Under the pieces are notes generated by a model. It was not told the origin of the DNA and searched no databases. It saw only the letters and a program-made list of their open reading frames with translations. Made by a program: the position numbers and the translations under genes. Below are positions 13,934 to 28,350 of a DNA stretch of 60,000 bases, piece after piece. Origin of the DNA: Camelus dromedarius (Eukaryota); assembly GCF_036321535.1 (NCBI RefSeq), contig NC_087436.1:92506001-92566000 (forward strand), written 5' to 3'. Numbering within the stretch: position 1 is the stretch's first letter; every line of letters starts with the position of its first letter.

Positions 13934-14041
13934 TTCAGCCACATCGCGATCTGGGGCAGCATCGCACTCTGGGTGGTGTTTTTTGGAATCTACTCATCTC
14001 TGTGGCCTGCTGTTCCGATGGCCCCCGATATGTCAGGAGAG
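13934..14041 (+). CDS. ATP8A1: ATP8A1 coding exon ([36 protein letters not shown])
   Basis: cttgcttctcag| acceptor, GAG|gtaatg donor; 108 nt, phase 0-0; H..IWGSI motif of P4-ATPase TM9. Confidence 0.96.
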
Positions 14042-17029
14042 GTAATGTATGCTAATCGCTCACGATCGAACCAACCCGAAACGCTGGTATTCATCAGCGA
14101 GCCTTCATGGCTGAAGCCTGGGTTTATAGTAAAATAGTATTTGACAATTTAGAAAGCTGTTTTTAGTCCAAAGTTGAATGATAAAAGTTTAGAGAATATT
14201 TTAAATTTGGACATTTTACTTAAATCTGACTTTTCCTTTCATAAGCATAGCTGGGATAAGAAAACAGGGTTGTCAGGAGCTTAACTCATGTTAAGAATAG
14301 CCATCTTATTTTGTAGTTGGCTTTATTTCTTTGATAACTATGTAAGTTTAAAAAGCTAAAGATCTAATCTGTTCTTAGAAGCAATAGTGCATATATGTAA
14401 ACTCAAAAAAATTACAGTATACTGTATGTATGTATGTATGTACATGCAATATAATGTGTATGTGCAGTCGAACTATAATAATTCTACATAATAAAACTGA
14501 AAAAGGGAAAAAGTTTTTTTTAAAAAAGGGATATCCATCTGAAGGATGCCATTTTAATTTGACCATAAATCCACAAATGCATTTTGCATAAGAGATTTGG
14601 GGAAACTGTGAGCTTATGCCTTCAGAACCATCTGTCATTTCTTCTCTTATCTCTGATTCTAAAGAAAAGGCTACTGTGACTAGATTAAATGCACTTTTAG
14701 AGTTGCCCTCATGACATCAGTTTGGTTTTCATTCTGAAAGGGTTGGGACAGCTGACATTTCAGCCTATCGTGGTCCACTTTCAGTTCTGTCTTTCAGTTT
14801 CTTGTTACACTGGTAAGAACTGAGTTATTAGGTGTTCGTAGGGGAGTGTCACAAGATCTCCTTTCGTTCAGAAGAGATTCCGGCAGTAGGAGGGTTTTTT
14901 ATTTCAATTGCAGGAAATTTGACATAAAATGTATAAAAGAAAATGTGGAAAACATTTCAGAATTTCCTGTGACCTCACAGTAACTAGCAAATCAAGGTAA
15001 CATGAGCCCCGTTACAGAACGTTGTTTTCCCGCAGTCATAGGAACCCTTTCCAGGGGTTCCATGTATTTGTTTCCCTAAGTACTTACTGCCTGAGTACCT
15101 TTCACTTTTGACAGTCTGGTTTATAGATCATTTTCCTGAAATTTTATCTGACAGCATCCTGCTTTTTATAAATTAGCAGAATGCAGACACATTAAAAAAA
15201 ATCTGTGGTTAAATTTATTAGAGAAAGGCATTATATACTATTACAGCAAAACCAGACATATCAAGGAGTGTGTACTTCCTTCCACCCGAAGTGAAGGCTT
15301 CTTTTGAAACATGTACTGTGAACTCGAGAAAATTTACAGCATGTGTTTTGAGGAGAACAGAGAGAAAGCTGACTCCATCTCCTCCTTCCCTTGGTTTGAG
15401 TCCTTTTTTCCCAATAAAATGAAATCAAAGACTGTATACGTCTGCTGATGCCACTTGGAAAGTCCAGTCCTGTCCTTCATTTTTATCTGATGTGCGCTGT
15501 CCGATTGGACGTGCTTTTCCCCAAGGTCAATTCTAATGTAACATCTTTTTCATTAGACCTCAATTTATCTCATGTATGAATGTTTTATCTTCAAAATGAA
15601 TGACACAAAGGGTTTTGAAATTGAGAACGTTTAAGCAGCTGTAGCCGATCACTTTGAAGACAAGAACAGAGTTTTTGACCACCTACTTCTAGGACAAGTG
15701 TGAAGTTTGACTGGCTTTTAGCCAACCAAACAGAATTCTCCCCTTGCCTGTAGAATTCCTGGTATTACCCAAACACAAAACATAATATCTATCTCCTGAG
15801 ATTTGCGGTGATGCTGTGTTTAATTCAAAGTGAAATGAATGTCAGTACCCCATCACGTCTCTGCTCACTTCACGTACACCGGGACGTGCTAACAGGGATT
15901 CTTTTCCTTGTTGTTTTATTGCTGCTGATACTTCGAATGTAATGTTTAAATAGCTGGTGCTTCGCTGAAAATAGGAAGAATGGATTAATGCAGCCGTAGG
16001 CTCGACTAGCTTGTCCAAAATGTAAACTGTTTAATGTATTCAAAGAAAAGAATAATACTTTAAACTTGTGTAGTACTTAGTGCTTGCAAAGCACTTTGGT
16101 GTGCAAGTGTGTGTAACTGAGCCTCATGATGGCTCCAAAACAGAAGGACAACAAGAATGCCACTCAGATTCTCAAGGAGGGAGAGTCTACACTGACTGTT
16201 TCTTGGGCACTAAGCAGTGGGTCCCTAAGAATGTTGCAGCAGTACTCAGTAGTCACTAGCTCTATTACAGTCTAGTTAATTTCAGAAAGAAGTAACTACC
16301 CTTATATTTACATTTTTTAATCTTAAAATTCTATATTTCAATCAAGAATATAGCCAGACACATTTCTGTGCTAGTAGTTACATCTGTATAAGTCAGACAT
16401 AGAGATGTAATTGGCCAGCTATCTTGAATATAATTTACTCGTTCATCTGTTAACTTTCATAGCAATACACTATTATAATATGTATTACTATACACTACAT
16501 GTAGCAATACAGTGCTGTAGGTAACACCAGGATAAGTACGGATATCAGTGTTCCCTGACTTGACCTGTTCTTTGTCATCCGTACAATGAAACACAGCCCA
16601 GGGCACCCGAAGAACATAACGCTCTCCCTGAGGAGTCCTGGTGTGGTACAAAGGTAACCTTCTGTCGCCACCACCAACTGGGTCATAAGTGTCCGATCCG
16701 AGGACTAGACTCCAGTTCTTTTCTGTACTGATGCGGCAGACGTTCCTTCCAAAACTAAATAATTAAATGTGTGTTTGGGTTGTCTGAAGGCATAGTGAGT
16801 GCCTCCAGGACAGTCCAGCGTCAGCAGCAGAGGTGGGGTGGGCAGCCCGAAACAGCAGCCCCGTTCCACGCCCCCTGCCCTGTCCCGGATCAGGTGATGT
16901 TTGGAGGGTGGAGTACTGTGTGGTTTCAAAGGGCGTTGACACCGTAGAGAGGCTCCTCAGAAAGACAGCCAAGATCTGGGAAGAACAGCTCCAGAAACAC
17001 TAGGGTATACCAAGCACTTTAAGTGCTTC

Positions 17030-17570
17030 CTCTGCATTCATCCAGGCGATTCGGCAGCTGTTGAGATTCTTCTGTGGGTCAGACACTGTTCTAGACACTG
17101 TGGATTCATTTGCAAATAAAATATACAAAAACCCATGCCCTTCTCAACTTTCCTACTGGGAAGAGACAGACAAATAGAACAATTGGGTTAAATATATGGC
17201 CGAATGTAAGTGCTGTAGAGACAGACACAGCAGGCCAGGGGAGTCAGGATCTCTGAGACTCAGGATCTCCTCCGTGTTTCCCACAGAGCCATGTGCCTTT
17301 TACTCACGGAGAGACAAAGAGCATTGGAGGGGCTTGAGAGACAGGTGTCGTGATCTGACTTAGGTTTCCGCAGCAGGATTCTAACTGCCGTGTTATGAGC
17401 CACTGTGGAGATTATTGCAATAACCCAGGCCAGAGGTGGCGGTGACTTGGGCCAGGAGGGCAGCAGTGGTGAGAGTGGTCAGAGTCTGAATCCAGTTTGA
17501 AGGTGGAGCCAATAGGATCTGCTGACAGACTGGATGCGAGGAGTGAGAGGAGAAGCAGTCAAGGCGGACG
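17030..17570 (-). mobile_element. L2 fragment
   Basis: cagacactgttctagacactg..., tgaaggtggagccaataggatctgctgacagactggatg typical antisense L2. Confidence 0.6.
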
Positions 17571-17614
17571 CCATCGTGTTGGCCGTGACCGTCGTCAGGC
17601 CATGCTTGTCCTCA

Positions 17615-17775
17615 ACTCACTGGATCCCCCCCAGCAAACTTGTTACCGTGCCCATTTCACAGATGAGGGGACAGAGGCACAGAGAAATTAAGTACTCATC
17701 TGTTACCCCACTGATATGCTGAGTGGCAGAGGTAGGATTTGACTGAGCTGTCTGGTCAGCTACCTTAAACCCTGC
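17615..17775 (-). mobile_element. MIR SINE
   Basis: cccatttcacagatgaggggacagaggcacagagaaattaagt...ggcagaggtaggatttga. Confidence 0.72.
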
Positions 17776-19186
17776 CCTACCTGCTCCTCTGGTCATAGTT
17801 ATCCAGAGGAACCTGAAGTGGCACCTGAAAATTAGACGTCCGAAGGGACTAACCCTCCTTGCAGGTGTTCGGGGATTTGTGTAGATGAGGGAATCTCTGT
17901 TTTCCTGACAGCACTGCCTCCTCCACGTTTCTTCTCTCTGTGGACATTTCAAGGTCTTGTCCTTCCTCAGTCCATCCTCCGCGCCTGAGCCACGAGCCAG
18001 GTGCTTGCACTCCCTCCTCCTCAGGGGTGCCCTGCCCTTCATCTCTTTACTGACTCACTCAGATATAGCGGTGTCGGGCATCTAGTGCCCCCTAAGTGAG
18101 TGTCAAATAAATGATCGTTAAGTAAATTTCTTTCCTTGCTTGTTTGTTTTGAACAAACAAATGAGAAACAGTGGAGCAGAGGTAAAAGAGAGGCAGATTT
18201 CAGCTCAGATAAGAACGTCTCCCTAACATCTAGAGATTTCCACGAAGTAATGATTTCCAGCAGCAGTGCAGGATGCTGGTCTCACTCAACCAACCCCAGT
18301 ATCAGCCACTAGTGGTACTTAGCAGAGCCTCACTCGGCTACACCTGCGACATTGCCTTCCAACTCCTAAGATTCAGTTTCCCTGCAGGCTTCCCTTCACG
18401 GTGTTCTCTCCCAAGGAACATCGTCAAGGCTGGAGGGCACAGACTCTTCTGCTCCAGTTAACAGGCTCTCAGGGTGCAAATTTTACACAAATTAGGCAGC
18501 TTACAGGAACTGGTCTCCTGCGTCTATATTCAGCTTGGATGCGTATCCATACATAGATCAGGACTTTATAGTCATTTCCAATTTATGTTGTAGATTCATC
18601 TTTGCAGCCCCCGTCTGAAGACAGCCATTTCTCTCAGTATGTTGGAAAGAAAACCCTTGCTCACCAAGACGGAGGGGGAAGGGAAACAGCATTTACTGTG
18701 CACCTGCTGTGTTCTCGAGGCACTGTCTGATCCCAGGCATTCTTTGCTTTGTGTAAATCCGTATCAGGGACCTTTGTGGTAAGCAGAGAAATAGCAAACG
18801 ACCCAGAGAATTCATTCCAGGCTTTCTTCTCGTGTCCTGTTGGCTTGTTCTCACATCCTGAGGACCTGAACACCTTCTTTTCAGGGCCCATGCCAGTTCC
18901 CTACTCCAAAATGGAAACTCTTTCTTTTCTCCTTGCAGCCATTTTCCTTGCATTCCATTGATTTTCCTGATTTATCTGCTATTTCCTGGGATGCCCAGGG
19001 CCCTGATCAGTTTCCCTAAGTTAGCATTCGCATCTCTATTTAAAAGTGCCTGGGTTTTTAATTCTTCCTTCTCAATACCCACCAGACTCCCTCAACACGT
19101 TAATAGAAATTCTACCTGACTTTATATTCTAGCCTTTCATGTCTTCTTAATGGCAAAACCAGCATATATAATATCCATCCCATTAA

Positions 19187-19235
19187 ATATATATATATAT
19201 ATATACATATATATATGTATGTATGTGTATATATA
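19187..19235. repeat. Compound (TA)n/(TATG)n microsatellite
   Basis: Direct reading. Confidence 0.85.
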
Positions 19236-21412
19236 CCAGTGAAAACCCAATCGTCCCACGTCATCAGAGAATGTACAGTTGCCACTCAGATGGTAAAGGG
19301 CGTCATTTACTGAGGGCCAATCACCAGCATAAGCATTTCTCATGTCTTCGCTCACTTAACACTGTGAGCGTTTAATACAGCACTGTGAGGTTGTTCCTAT
19401 TACACATTTCACTGACACAGAGTGGTTAAATCACTTTCTCAAGGTCACACAGCTTGTAAGTATCTGAGCCACAGTTGGAACCCAGCCAGTTATCCCCTTA
19501 CCATACACACTGTTCTCTGTTCATTTTACATTTCTTCTCTCACCTTCTCATTCCTCTCCGTTTTTCTCCCAGACTTGTTAACATTAAAAGTATCAATTCC
19601 TTTTCATGTCAGTGCCCCAGTCAAAGTATTTACTTCCATCTGGTTGATAAACTAAGCCATTCATTATCTGCATATAATGTTTCCATCTTCAGCTCTGCTC
19701 AGCTGCTTGTATCACTGATCGGGGGTTCTTTCCACACCGACACACTGTTTCTTTCCCCTTCCTTTAGTACATTCTGCATGCCTGAAGTCACCAGAAGTCG
19801 GTGTCCCAAATGTCTGAAAGTTCAGTGCAGACTTCAGTTACTCCAGCCACAGCCAGAGAGGGCTGTTCTCAGTTGGTGGGCAGGGTGTTCCCGTTGGGAA
19901 ACATTCCTTCCTTTAGTTCTGTTTCCAGTACCATAATTCTGCATCTTTGCCTGTAATAATGATTCAAATGATAATGATTAACAAGTGTCCCTGTACCACA
20001 AGTGACTGAAATATTTAACTACTAAAAAGGAATTACGACATCAGGTTAGGGGGAGCGTGGATTCTCCAAAGGTAGAAAATGCAACAAGAAGAAATTATTT
20101 AGGAAAGGAAAATAAAGAGAAAATAGTGTGACAAGCTTGGCTGCAACTTTAAATATGTCGCTGTCTTCCTCTCCTCTCGCAAATATGGTTGTGATTTAAG
20201 AGGAGGACTTTTCTTGTTGTTGTTCAGACCTGACTTGTATTTTTTCACACCAGTACAACAATTTATGGGGCAAGGTAGGCCCTGGGGAGAATTGCTATGT
20301 TATATAAACATATGCTGGCCTGCTTTTCCGACTCGGCTAGATGATGTTACGGGGTATTTTTTGAGTCTCCAGAAGAAAATATTTAGGCACTGTGATTAGT
20401 ACACCAGATTACAAAATATAAAGCAAGCTACATCAAGGGTCATTTCATATCACGATTAATACCAGAAGCTTAGGATCGGCAGAACTTTCCAGCGTGTCAT
20501 GGCTTTGCAGACACGCACTGTAAAACCCTTCCAAGCGCCATCTGGTTCTGCTCTCGCAGGCCTGAGGGATCTATAAAACTACTGAAGGAAATTGAAGTTA
20601 AGGAACGAGCATATGTTTTACAGAATTTCAGATCTCTTGATTGAGGTTTGTAAAGTCTCTCTGAAAAAACAATAAAAATCTTGGTTGAGGCCTTTAGTGT
20701 CACCCCTGAAGGAAAGGTATTAATAAACTACGTTAGTGATATGATTTTTCCTAAGTTGTGCTGTTGCCCGTTTTACCAACATAATGAATCACTTTACATA
20801 AGAGGAATTTCCGGGTCTGAAATAGCCCTTATTCATCTCTCAGCTTTTAATTACCTGGATAGCGTGTCATATGTTTTGGTTGCAAGACCAGCCCTTGCAG
20901 ATGGGGTGGGGCAGTGTTATGATACGAAGGAGTTGCATCCAAGTTGACTGTGTTTAGTCAAGTAGCCTGGAGGGAACAGCTGCCCTAAACGCTGTCAGAT
21001 GTTCTTCCGTGAGCCGACGGTTGGGATCTTACCCAGTAAAACCTGTCACTGGTCACAGTCCTTGGGCCCCTGACTGTAAATGAGACAGACAGACAGACCT
21101 CCATGGGTCTTAAAGAAGCTGGCCGCATAGCCACTACAAGGAGAAGCCTTGTAGAAATGCTGAGAAGCCAAGAGAGACATGGGCATGACAAATGGGATGG
21201 CAGATCTGGACACTGGCACTTTTAAAGGCTTTAAAGTTGGAGCCTCTTTAGAGTCGCTAGGAGAGCTGGCCTTACTTTTGGTGAGTACAGCACCTTTTCA
21301 TACAATACAGCAAATATGTATTGAGTGTCCATTGTATGTACGTTACAGGTTCTGTGTTAGGCTATGGAGGACACAGAGGTGAACCGAATTGGTCACTACC
21401 CTTAAGGATCGC

Positions 21413-21604
21413 CTTTTTTTTCTTTTTTGGAAAAAATAATTTTTAAAATCTCATTCTTTATTTTTTTCAATGATAAATTGCTTTTTGGGGAGTGGGTAAT
21501 TAGATTTTTTTTTTTAATGGAGGTACTGGGGGTTGAACCCAGGGCCTGATACATGCTAAACCTGTGCTCTGTGCTCTACCACTGAGGTATATATACCCTC
21601 CCCC
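21413..21604 (-). mobile_element. tRNA-derived SINE, camelid Vic-1-like
   Basis: Reverse complement reads ggggagggtatatatacctcagtggtagagc...gcatgtatcaggccctgggttcaacccccagtacctccatt..ctaattaccc.. with A/B boxes and A-rich tail. Confidence 0.8.
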
Positions 21605-21739
21605 AAAGATCTAGTTTTTAATGATGGGCTGTTGATGTCATAAATGTGTAGGGTGATGTGAGGCACCCCAGGTGCTGTGGCAGTGAGCATGGCATGGGAT
21701 GCTGAATGCAGCTGCTCCTAGTATGGCCTTGGCTGTTGT

Positions 21740-22230
21740 CTAGAATCATTCATTCTCACATCCATTCATTCCATAATCCTGTGTCCAGTGCTTCATCGGT
21801 CTAGGTGCTGTGTCTAGGTAACGGGTTAATTGGGCAAGATCCCCATTAGTGTTCAGGGACCAGGAAGTGGGAAGGAGGCATAGTCACTAAATCAGTTAAC
21901 AAATGACTAAAGGATGAACCACTAAAGATAATTTCATAAAGTGGTAGGAGGAAAATAGGATGATATGATAAGGGACTGGACTGTAATGGCTGCTCTGGGA
22001 AGGTCTTGTTGAAGAAGGGATAGTTAAGCCAAAACTCAAGTGATACAGATGTACTTCGTGTGAAGAAGAGCATTTCAAGCCTGAAGGAACAGCTCATGCC
22101 AAAGCACTGAGGCAGGAGTGAGCCTGGTGGGTTCAGGGAATACAAAGTCCGTGTAGCTGGAGCAGAGCGAGTGTGAAGGAGTGCTGTAAGCTGGAGCTGG
22201 CAAGATGGGCAGAAAGCAGATCACCCCTCC
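21740..22230 (-). mobile_element. L2 fragment
   Basis: cattcattc... start; gagcatttcaagcctgaaggaacagc...gtagctggagcagagcgagtg. Confidence 0.6.
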
Positions 22231-22499
22231 AAGCTCAGCACTCTAGCTCAAAGGACCAATACAGCTTGCTTTTGAGTTGCACACCAGGGAGCAGTCAGAA
22301 ATGCTGATAGAAGAAACTGTGAATGTCACTGTGCCATCTGCCTCAGTAAAGCTCATAACTGGACACAATTCTTTCATTCCATGATATGGTAATAAAAAGA
22401 GATGGTCAATGAGTGGTCAGAAGCTGCTTGGTTCCAACTTATCACTTAGGATCCCTAGCATGTATCGTGCAAAGCAAGTGATTTTATGTTATATTTTTT

Positions 22500-22950
22500 G
22501 ATATTAAAAAAAAAGCCACTGTGGATTAAACAAATAGAAACATTTCTCTTTCATGTAAGAAAAAGTCTGGTGGAGGCAGACAGTCCAGAGCTAGTGTAGC
22601 AGCTGCACAGTCATCAAGGATCAGATTTCTTCTATTTTGCTGCATTTGCCAATCTTAGTGTACTCCTAGTCCAAAATGGCTGCTTAGACTCTAACCATTT
22701 CACCAACATTCCAGCCAGCAAGAAAGGAAAGAAGATTAACACTTAGATGTTCTTTCCTAGACATTGCCCACCACATTTCCACTTAGCTCTCGTTGGCCAA
22801 AAGCTAGTCACATGGCCATACCTCACTGTAGTAAGACAGCCAGAGAAATATAGTCTGAGCTAGAGGACACCGTGTGCAGCCAAGAATCAATCGATTGCAT
22901 CTGAGAAGGGGAGAGGAGCTATACGGGGAGGGGACAGCTAGAAGTCTCTG
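22500..22950. mobile_element. MLT1-type MaLR solo LTR relic
   Basis: cactgtggattaaacaaatag..., aaaatggctgct..., cattccagccagca..., ttggccaaaagctagtcacatggcc. Confidence 0.6.
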
Positions 22951-23064
22951 CATTGAAAGTCAGTCATTTTTCTACATAATCCGTATATCGGCTTTTATAT
23001 GTCTTTTCATAAGTAAATACCTTTTGAAGTTTTGAGTTTTTAAAATATAACTTCCTAAAATGGA

Positions 23065-23230
23065 TGGTAATTAGGTGATGGAATGGTGGTGTTAGTTAAT
23101 GTGATGGCAGTAATCATTTTGCAATATATAAAGGTATCAAATCAACACATTGCACACCTTAAACTTACCTAAGGTTGTATGTCAAGTATATCTCAATAAA
23201 GCTGGAAAATAAATTTTTAAAGGAAAAAAA
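23065..23230 (+). mobile_element. L1MA-like 3' end
   Basis: aatcattttgcaatatata...aacacattgcacaccttaaactta...gtcaagtatatctcaataaagctgg. Confidence 0.78.
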
Positions 23231-26200
23231 TCCTGCAGTCTGAAATATAGGTCATTGTGTTTCACAGATTGAATTACTAGTAATCAAACAATTGATGCTT
23301 TATGAGATGGTTTTTAAGAAGAAAAAATACAGAGCCATACAAAATTATAAAAATTATAGAATGGTACAACAGGTAAGCATACTGAGCATTGAGATAAGGT
23401 CCCCTGTCTTACACAATTTCTCCAGTAACATCAGAACATTTCTGAATTATATTTCTCATAATGAAAAGAATATTTTGTTACTAATTTTGTCCTCATTTTT
23501 CTGGTACTTTCAAATTTTTTAACTAGCACAATAAAATTAAAATAAAACAAAGCAAAACAAATTCTGTTCTTAATTATTTTTACTATTCTGGGAACTACAT
23601 CCCTGGAAAACAAACTTTCAGAGCCATACATTTTCTAATGCTCTTGATTCTTTTTTAGAAAGACTATTTTACATGTTTACCTCTCAATATATGTTGATAC
23701 ATAGTCAAATTTTACTTTTAAAAAGTTAGCTTCTGATTGGTCTAAGTTCCAACTAGCTCTTCCTCCTTTTCCTCTAAACATCCTTTTTAACATTTATTTT
23801 CCCATTACTCCCTTTGCCAGAGGCTGGAGAGGCAGAGGTCATTTCTTGAATCCTACAGCTAGATTGAATATTGGTCCTGAGTCCCTCAGGGGACCACTCT
23901 TCCTTCAGTTCCTCACCACCACCAGAAATGTCCAAGGGGGAGAAAGCACGTGAACACTGTGAGCTGGCATCTAATTTGCATATTTTCTAAGATTTTCTTT
24001 GTCTGGGATAATTTTCATGTTTTCTACGATGTTTGTTTGTTTGGGATAATCTAAGCCAAAGGTTTTCTTTGTCTCTGAGTAATCAAGAGCTTCTGCTAAT
24101 AATTGCAAACGTCGGGGCTTATCCAAAACACCCTCTCCTTAGTTATTTTCTGCGTATTCTGCCCTGTCTATTTTTATAGAGAAAGTAATCATTCAGACTG
24201 TGTAAGAGCCCAGTTCAGCTCAACTCAACTGAGATACATGGAGTGCCGGTGCATCAGGACCTATATTGGGTGTCAGTGGATCAAAAGTTGAAAAAAGGAA
24301 GTCCTTCTGAGCAGCTTGAGTCCTGAGTAAACAGATCAACAGATTGTTAGAATATGGCACTGATTATTATAATCAGGATGCACACAGCTAGCAGAGGACA
24401 GGGCACTCAGCCTCCGGACTATCATTTGCAGAGCTTAGAGACATTTCTTGGTACTGCTATTTCCCACGCTGTTGAGGAAGGCAAGAGAAAGAAGGGCTTT
24501 CCGAGTGGCGAGCCGCCCAAGCAAGGAGGGTGGCTGGGGTTGCTGGCGGCGGGAAAGGTGAGCACTGGAACTGAGAAGTTTAGCAAAGTCCAGGTCACGG
24601 AAAGTTACCCCAGTGTCATTAGTATCATTCCTTTAAGCCATGCAGATTACTTTTCGTTATGAAATACGTAGTATTCCAGAAAGAACCTGAGGCCGTAGAG
24701 CACAGGTTTGAGTTAGAGGACATGATAGATAAATGCTAGTAATAAACTAGTGAGTGATGAAAAACATTTTTATACTTTGCATGAATATATATCATAATAT
24801 AATTGAAAATTTGCAAGAATTCTATTGAGCTAAAATAAGACATCAAAGACCCTTCTCAGTGATATGCCCTGGAACATAGAACTTGGCATGTGCATTCCTG
24901 TCTTTGGGTTTTATCAGAGGGAAGTTTTGAGCCTCACTTCCCAAGATGTGCAACCACTGAAGACTTTCAGTGGAAATTCACCTCTTCAAGCCAAAGTTCA
25001 CATGAGCTTGAAATTTGTCTCTGGTTAAAGTGCAAGACTAGTGAATTCACCACTTAGTGTTGACGCAGTGATGCTTACATACCCCTGCGGTCAGCCCCAC
25101 GCCCAGGCACCATGATGAATTCAGACAGAAAGGGTGAAGTTTCTGAAAAGGGCTCCCACAACTTAGAGACTTCTGTCGCACCATGGTGTTTCCCAGGCCT
25201 TGGGCACAAAGACACTCTTAGAAACCGTTGCAAATTTGAAATCAAACAACACAGTATTATCTGAAAGCAGAGTTGATTTTGATGAGGTGATCTCAAGTTT
25301 CCATACATTAGTGGTTGTGTTGCCAGGAGAAGGCACAATTTTGATGTAGCTTAAAAAAATTGATACTTTGCCATAAAAATGTAGATGTTAACCTTGTGGA
25401 TTTCAGCTTTCAAGGTATTGAAGCGTATCGCTGTATCTCAGGTTCAGTGGATCAGCTCCTCCAGGCTCCTGACAAAGAGAAGCTGGAGGAGAAAATACCG
25501 TACGGGCAACTGAGGCTGGATGAAATAGGACTGAAATTGAAATACAGTAGCAGAGTCTACCTTTTCCAAAGAAACATTTAGTTGATACAGCATCACGGAG
25601 CAGTAAGGGGGAAAGAGCCCCAGTTTGGTTGTAAAGATCCAGACAGTTTGTATGAGAAGAAACAAAACCTACAAACCTGAATTTGAGCTCTGATTTTTTT
25701 TTTCTTTTGATGAAAATGGTCTCATAAAGAAGATGCTTCCAGAGGAGACTAGAAGGGTTAACTGAAACATAAGAGGAGGCAGGAGAGGTTAAGTGATCTC
25801 ATAACTCAGTAGATGGCTTTGAAAAAAACAGAAAAGTGGGAGCTGTGAGTTTTGAGGGTCACAAAACCCCATTACAATAGAGACCATCGAGTTGCTCTAC
25901 CGAGATATTTCAGAGAAACCATAGCCAGAAAGAACAGTGAAACTCTTGAATCTGACACCACAGCCAACCAAATCCTAAGAGGCACGTAATAGAATATATA
26001 AGCTTTTTGTAATATAAACTTTCAGAGTTTTCTCCAAAACTTGCTAACTCCCTTGGAACAGCCCTAAATTTTCAAAGATAAATAGCCGTCCTCCACAAAG
26101 AAAATTGAAAATCCTCATTCACAGCCACAGCCAGGAGAGACTTCAGCCAGATATGTGTGTGGTTAATAGGAAGAAAACTAGAAAATTCGACCAAAAGGAG

Positions 26201-26904
26201 AAAGATTTAAAAACCAAATTGAGTAAATATACATCCCAGTTCTCTGAATAAGAGAATCACTGTTGAATCGTGACTTCTCAATTAAAGAACCATTTAGGGG
26301 AAAAGAAAAAGAAACACATCTTCTCCCTGTGGTTGTGATCTAGCCTAGGAAAGTCATTCTAAATACAGAAAAAGTGGTCAGTGTGTGACTGAAAATAGCA
26401 GCTTTATTATAACCATTTAGCTTGACCATTTAGATGGATACCATTGAGGATCTGTCCCCTCAAATGCCTCACAGCTCTGAAATGCCCGTTGTGACAAACG
26501 TGTCAAGACACAGTATTTCCCTAAACTCTTATGTGTTCCTCACCTTCTAATTCACCTGGTGACCCGGGAGGAGGAAACTGATCCTAGACACCGTCCCCTC
26601 CCTTATCCGAGCGACCATGAAGCACTCCCGTCCACTGCTAGGCTAGCTGCAGTCTTGGCTTCTTCCCCGGAGTGCCTCTCACATCAGTAAAAACTGATGG
26701 TTTTGCCTTTTTAGATAAAATTCATAATAAAAAAAATTCTCAATTATATGGTTAACTCATAGTCATTAAATAAACTTTTGGAAAAAAAGGAAAAATAGAA
26801 GAAAAAACAACCTCGCTATCCAAAGGTAATCCCTCCTAACGTATCAGTGCAGTTTTTTTCTGCCTTTAATTTGTGTGCTTATCTTTGATTAGATAATTTA
26901 TTAT

Positions 26905-27022
26905 TTTTTAAATTTTTTTTCTATTGAAGAATAGTTGGTTTACAATGCTATGTTCATTTCTGGTGTACAGCATAGTGATTCAGTTATACATATATATATA
27001 TATTCCTTTTCGTATTCTTTTT
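26905..27022 (-). mobile_element. Short L1 3' terminal fragment
   Basis: ttttttctattgaagaatagttggtttacaatg...tctggtgtacagcatagtgattcagttatacat. Confidence 0.7.
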
Positions 27023-28350
27023 CATTCTATTCTTTCAACAAATATATCCAAAGGACTATTCTAGTTTCTGGGGCTATGACAGTGAACAGAAAAGAAAAGG
27101 CCTGCCCTCAGGAGCTTACATTCTTGAGAAGAAAGAGAGAAAAACAAAGTGTTTATACTAGAGCACAAGGATGGTAAGTGCCGTGGAGAACGGAAGTGCA
27201 GGGAAGGGGACCAAAAGCACTGAAGTGGGAGCGCGTGATGTTGTATGCGGTGTGGCCGTGAGAATCACTGGGAAGATGGCCTTTGAGCAGACCCGAAGTG
27301 GGGTGAGCAGGACCTGCGGCTGTCTAGAGGGAGAGGACTGCAGGCAGGAGAAACAGACAAGTGCTGAGATGCTGGGGAGACCAGAGAGTGGAAGCAGAAC
27401 AAGGGAGGGAGGGAGGGAGCAGTAAAGAGCTGGAGAGATGGGTGTGGGGCCAGGAGACAACTGTAGAGACTCACTTGTACCCCGGGTCCCTGGAGGGCTG
27501 AGCAGGGGAGCCACAGTCTGGCTGTTTCAGTGTTGCTTTGAGTGCTTTGTTGAGAGCAGAATGCTGTGGAACAGGGTCAGGGGAGGTAAGTGGCACGTGA
27601 TAAGGCTGTTGGGGGATCCAGATGAGAAATGGCGGGACCTTAGGCCAGGGAGGAGGGACTATGATGTGGGTAGAGTCTGAATTTAAGGAGAAGGGTGTTG
27701 TTCCTTTAGAATCTTTTAAATTTTTAAATTTTCTTGTTTGACAAGATGTATATAACTTACTGTTTATCGTCTTAAATATACGGTTCACTGTTACTAAGTA
27801 CATAAAGTGGTGCAACCATCACCACCATCCATCTTCAGAATTTTTTTATCTTCCCCATCTGAAACTCTGGACCCGTTAAACAATAACTCCCCTTTACTGC
27901 TTCCCCCACGACCCCTGGCTGCCAAGAGTCTACTTTGTGTCTCTGAATTTGATGACTCCAGGTACCTCTTGTGAATGGAATCATATAGTATTTGTCCTTT
28001 AGTATCTGGCTTATTTCCCTTAGTATAATGTCCTCAGGGTTCATCTGTGCTGTAGCGTGTGTCAGAATCTCATTGCTTTTTGAGACTGGGTGATACCACG
28101 TTATATGTATGAGCCACATTTGATTTATCCATTCGTCTGCTGGTGATGTTTCCACCTTTTGGTCATTGTGAATAATACCGCTGTGAGCATTGATGCTGAG
28201 GATTTTTTTTAAGCAGAGTGGATCAGATTTGCCAGTGGGTTGGAAGTGCAGTCTGAGAGAAGAGCAGGGAAAGCAAGAATAACTTGTGAGTTTTTTGGCC
28301 AGAGCCAAGCTGGAAGGATAAAATTTATACTTGCTGAGATGGGAAAGACT
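27023..28350 (-). mobile_element. L2 element split by the L1 insertion at ~27715-28195
   Basis: ttcaacaaatat...cctgccctcaggagcttacattc on the left; gttttttggccagagcc..gctgagatgggaaagact on the right. Confidence 0.6.
27715..28195 (-). mobile_element. L1MB-like fragment (ORF2 C-terminus and 3'UTR)
   Basis: ORF 27835-28308 contains DEWINQMW..NEILTHATAQMNPEDIILREISQ..KDKYYMIPF, the L1 ORF2 C-terminal signature. Confidence 0.85.

Noticed and set aside
18080..18100. CTCF-like gtgccccctaagtgag
   Set aside because: The 5' CCAC half of the core is mismatched; too weak to call
25360..25900. Coding-looking purine-rich stretch (ORF 25360-25581)
   Set aside because: No recognisable protein, poly-A or TSD; may be an old CR1/L3-like relic but cannot be supported from the sequence alone
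27835..28308. 157-aa ORF with protein-like motifs
   Set aside because: Decayed L1 ORF2 C-terminus, not a host gene
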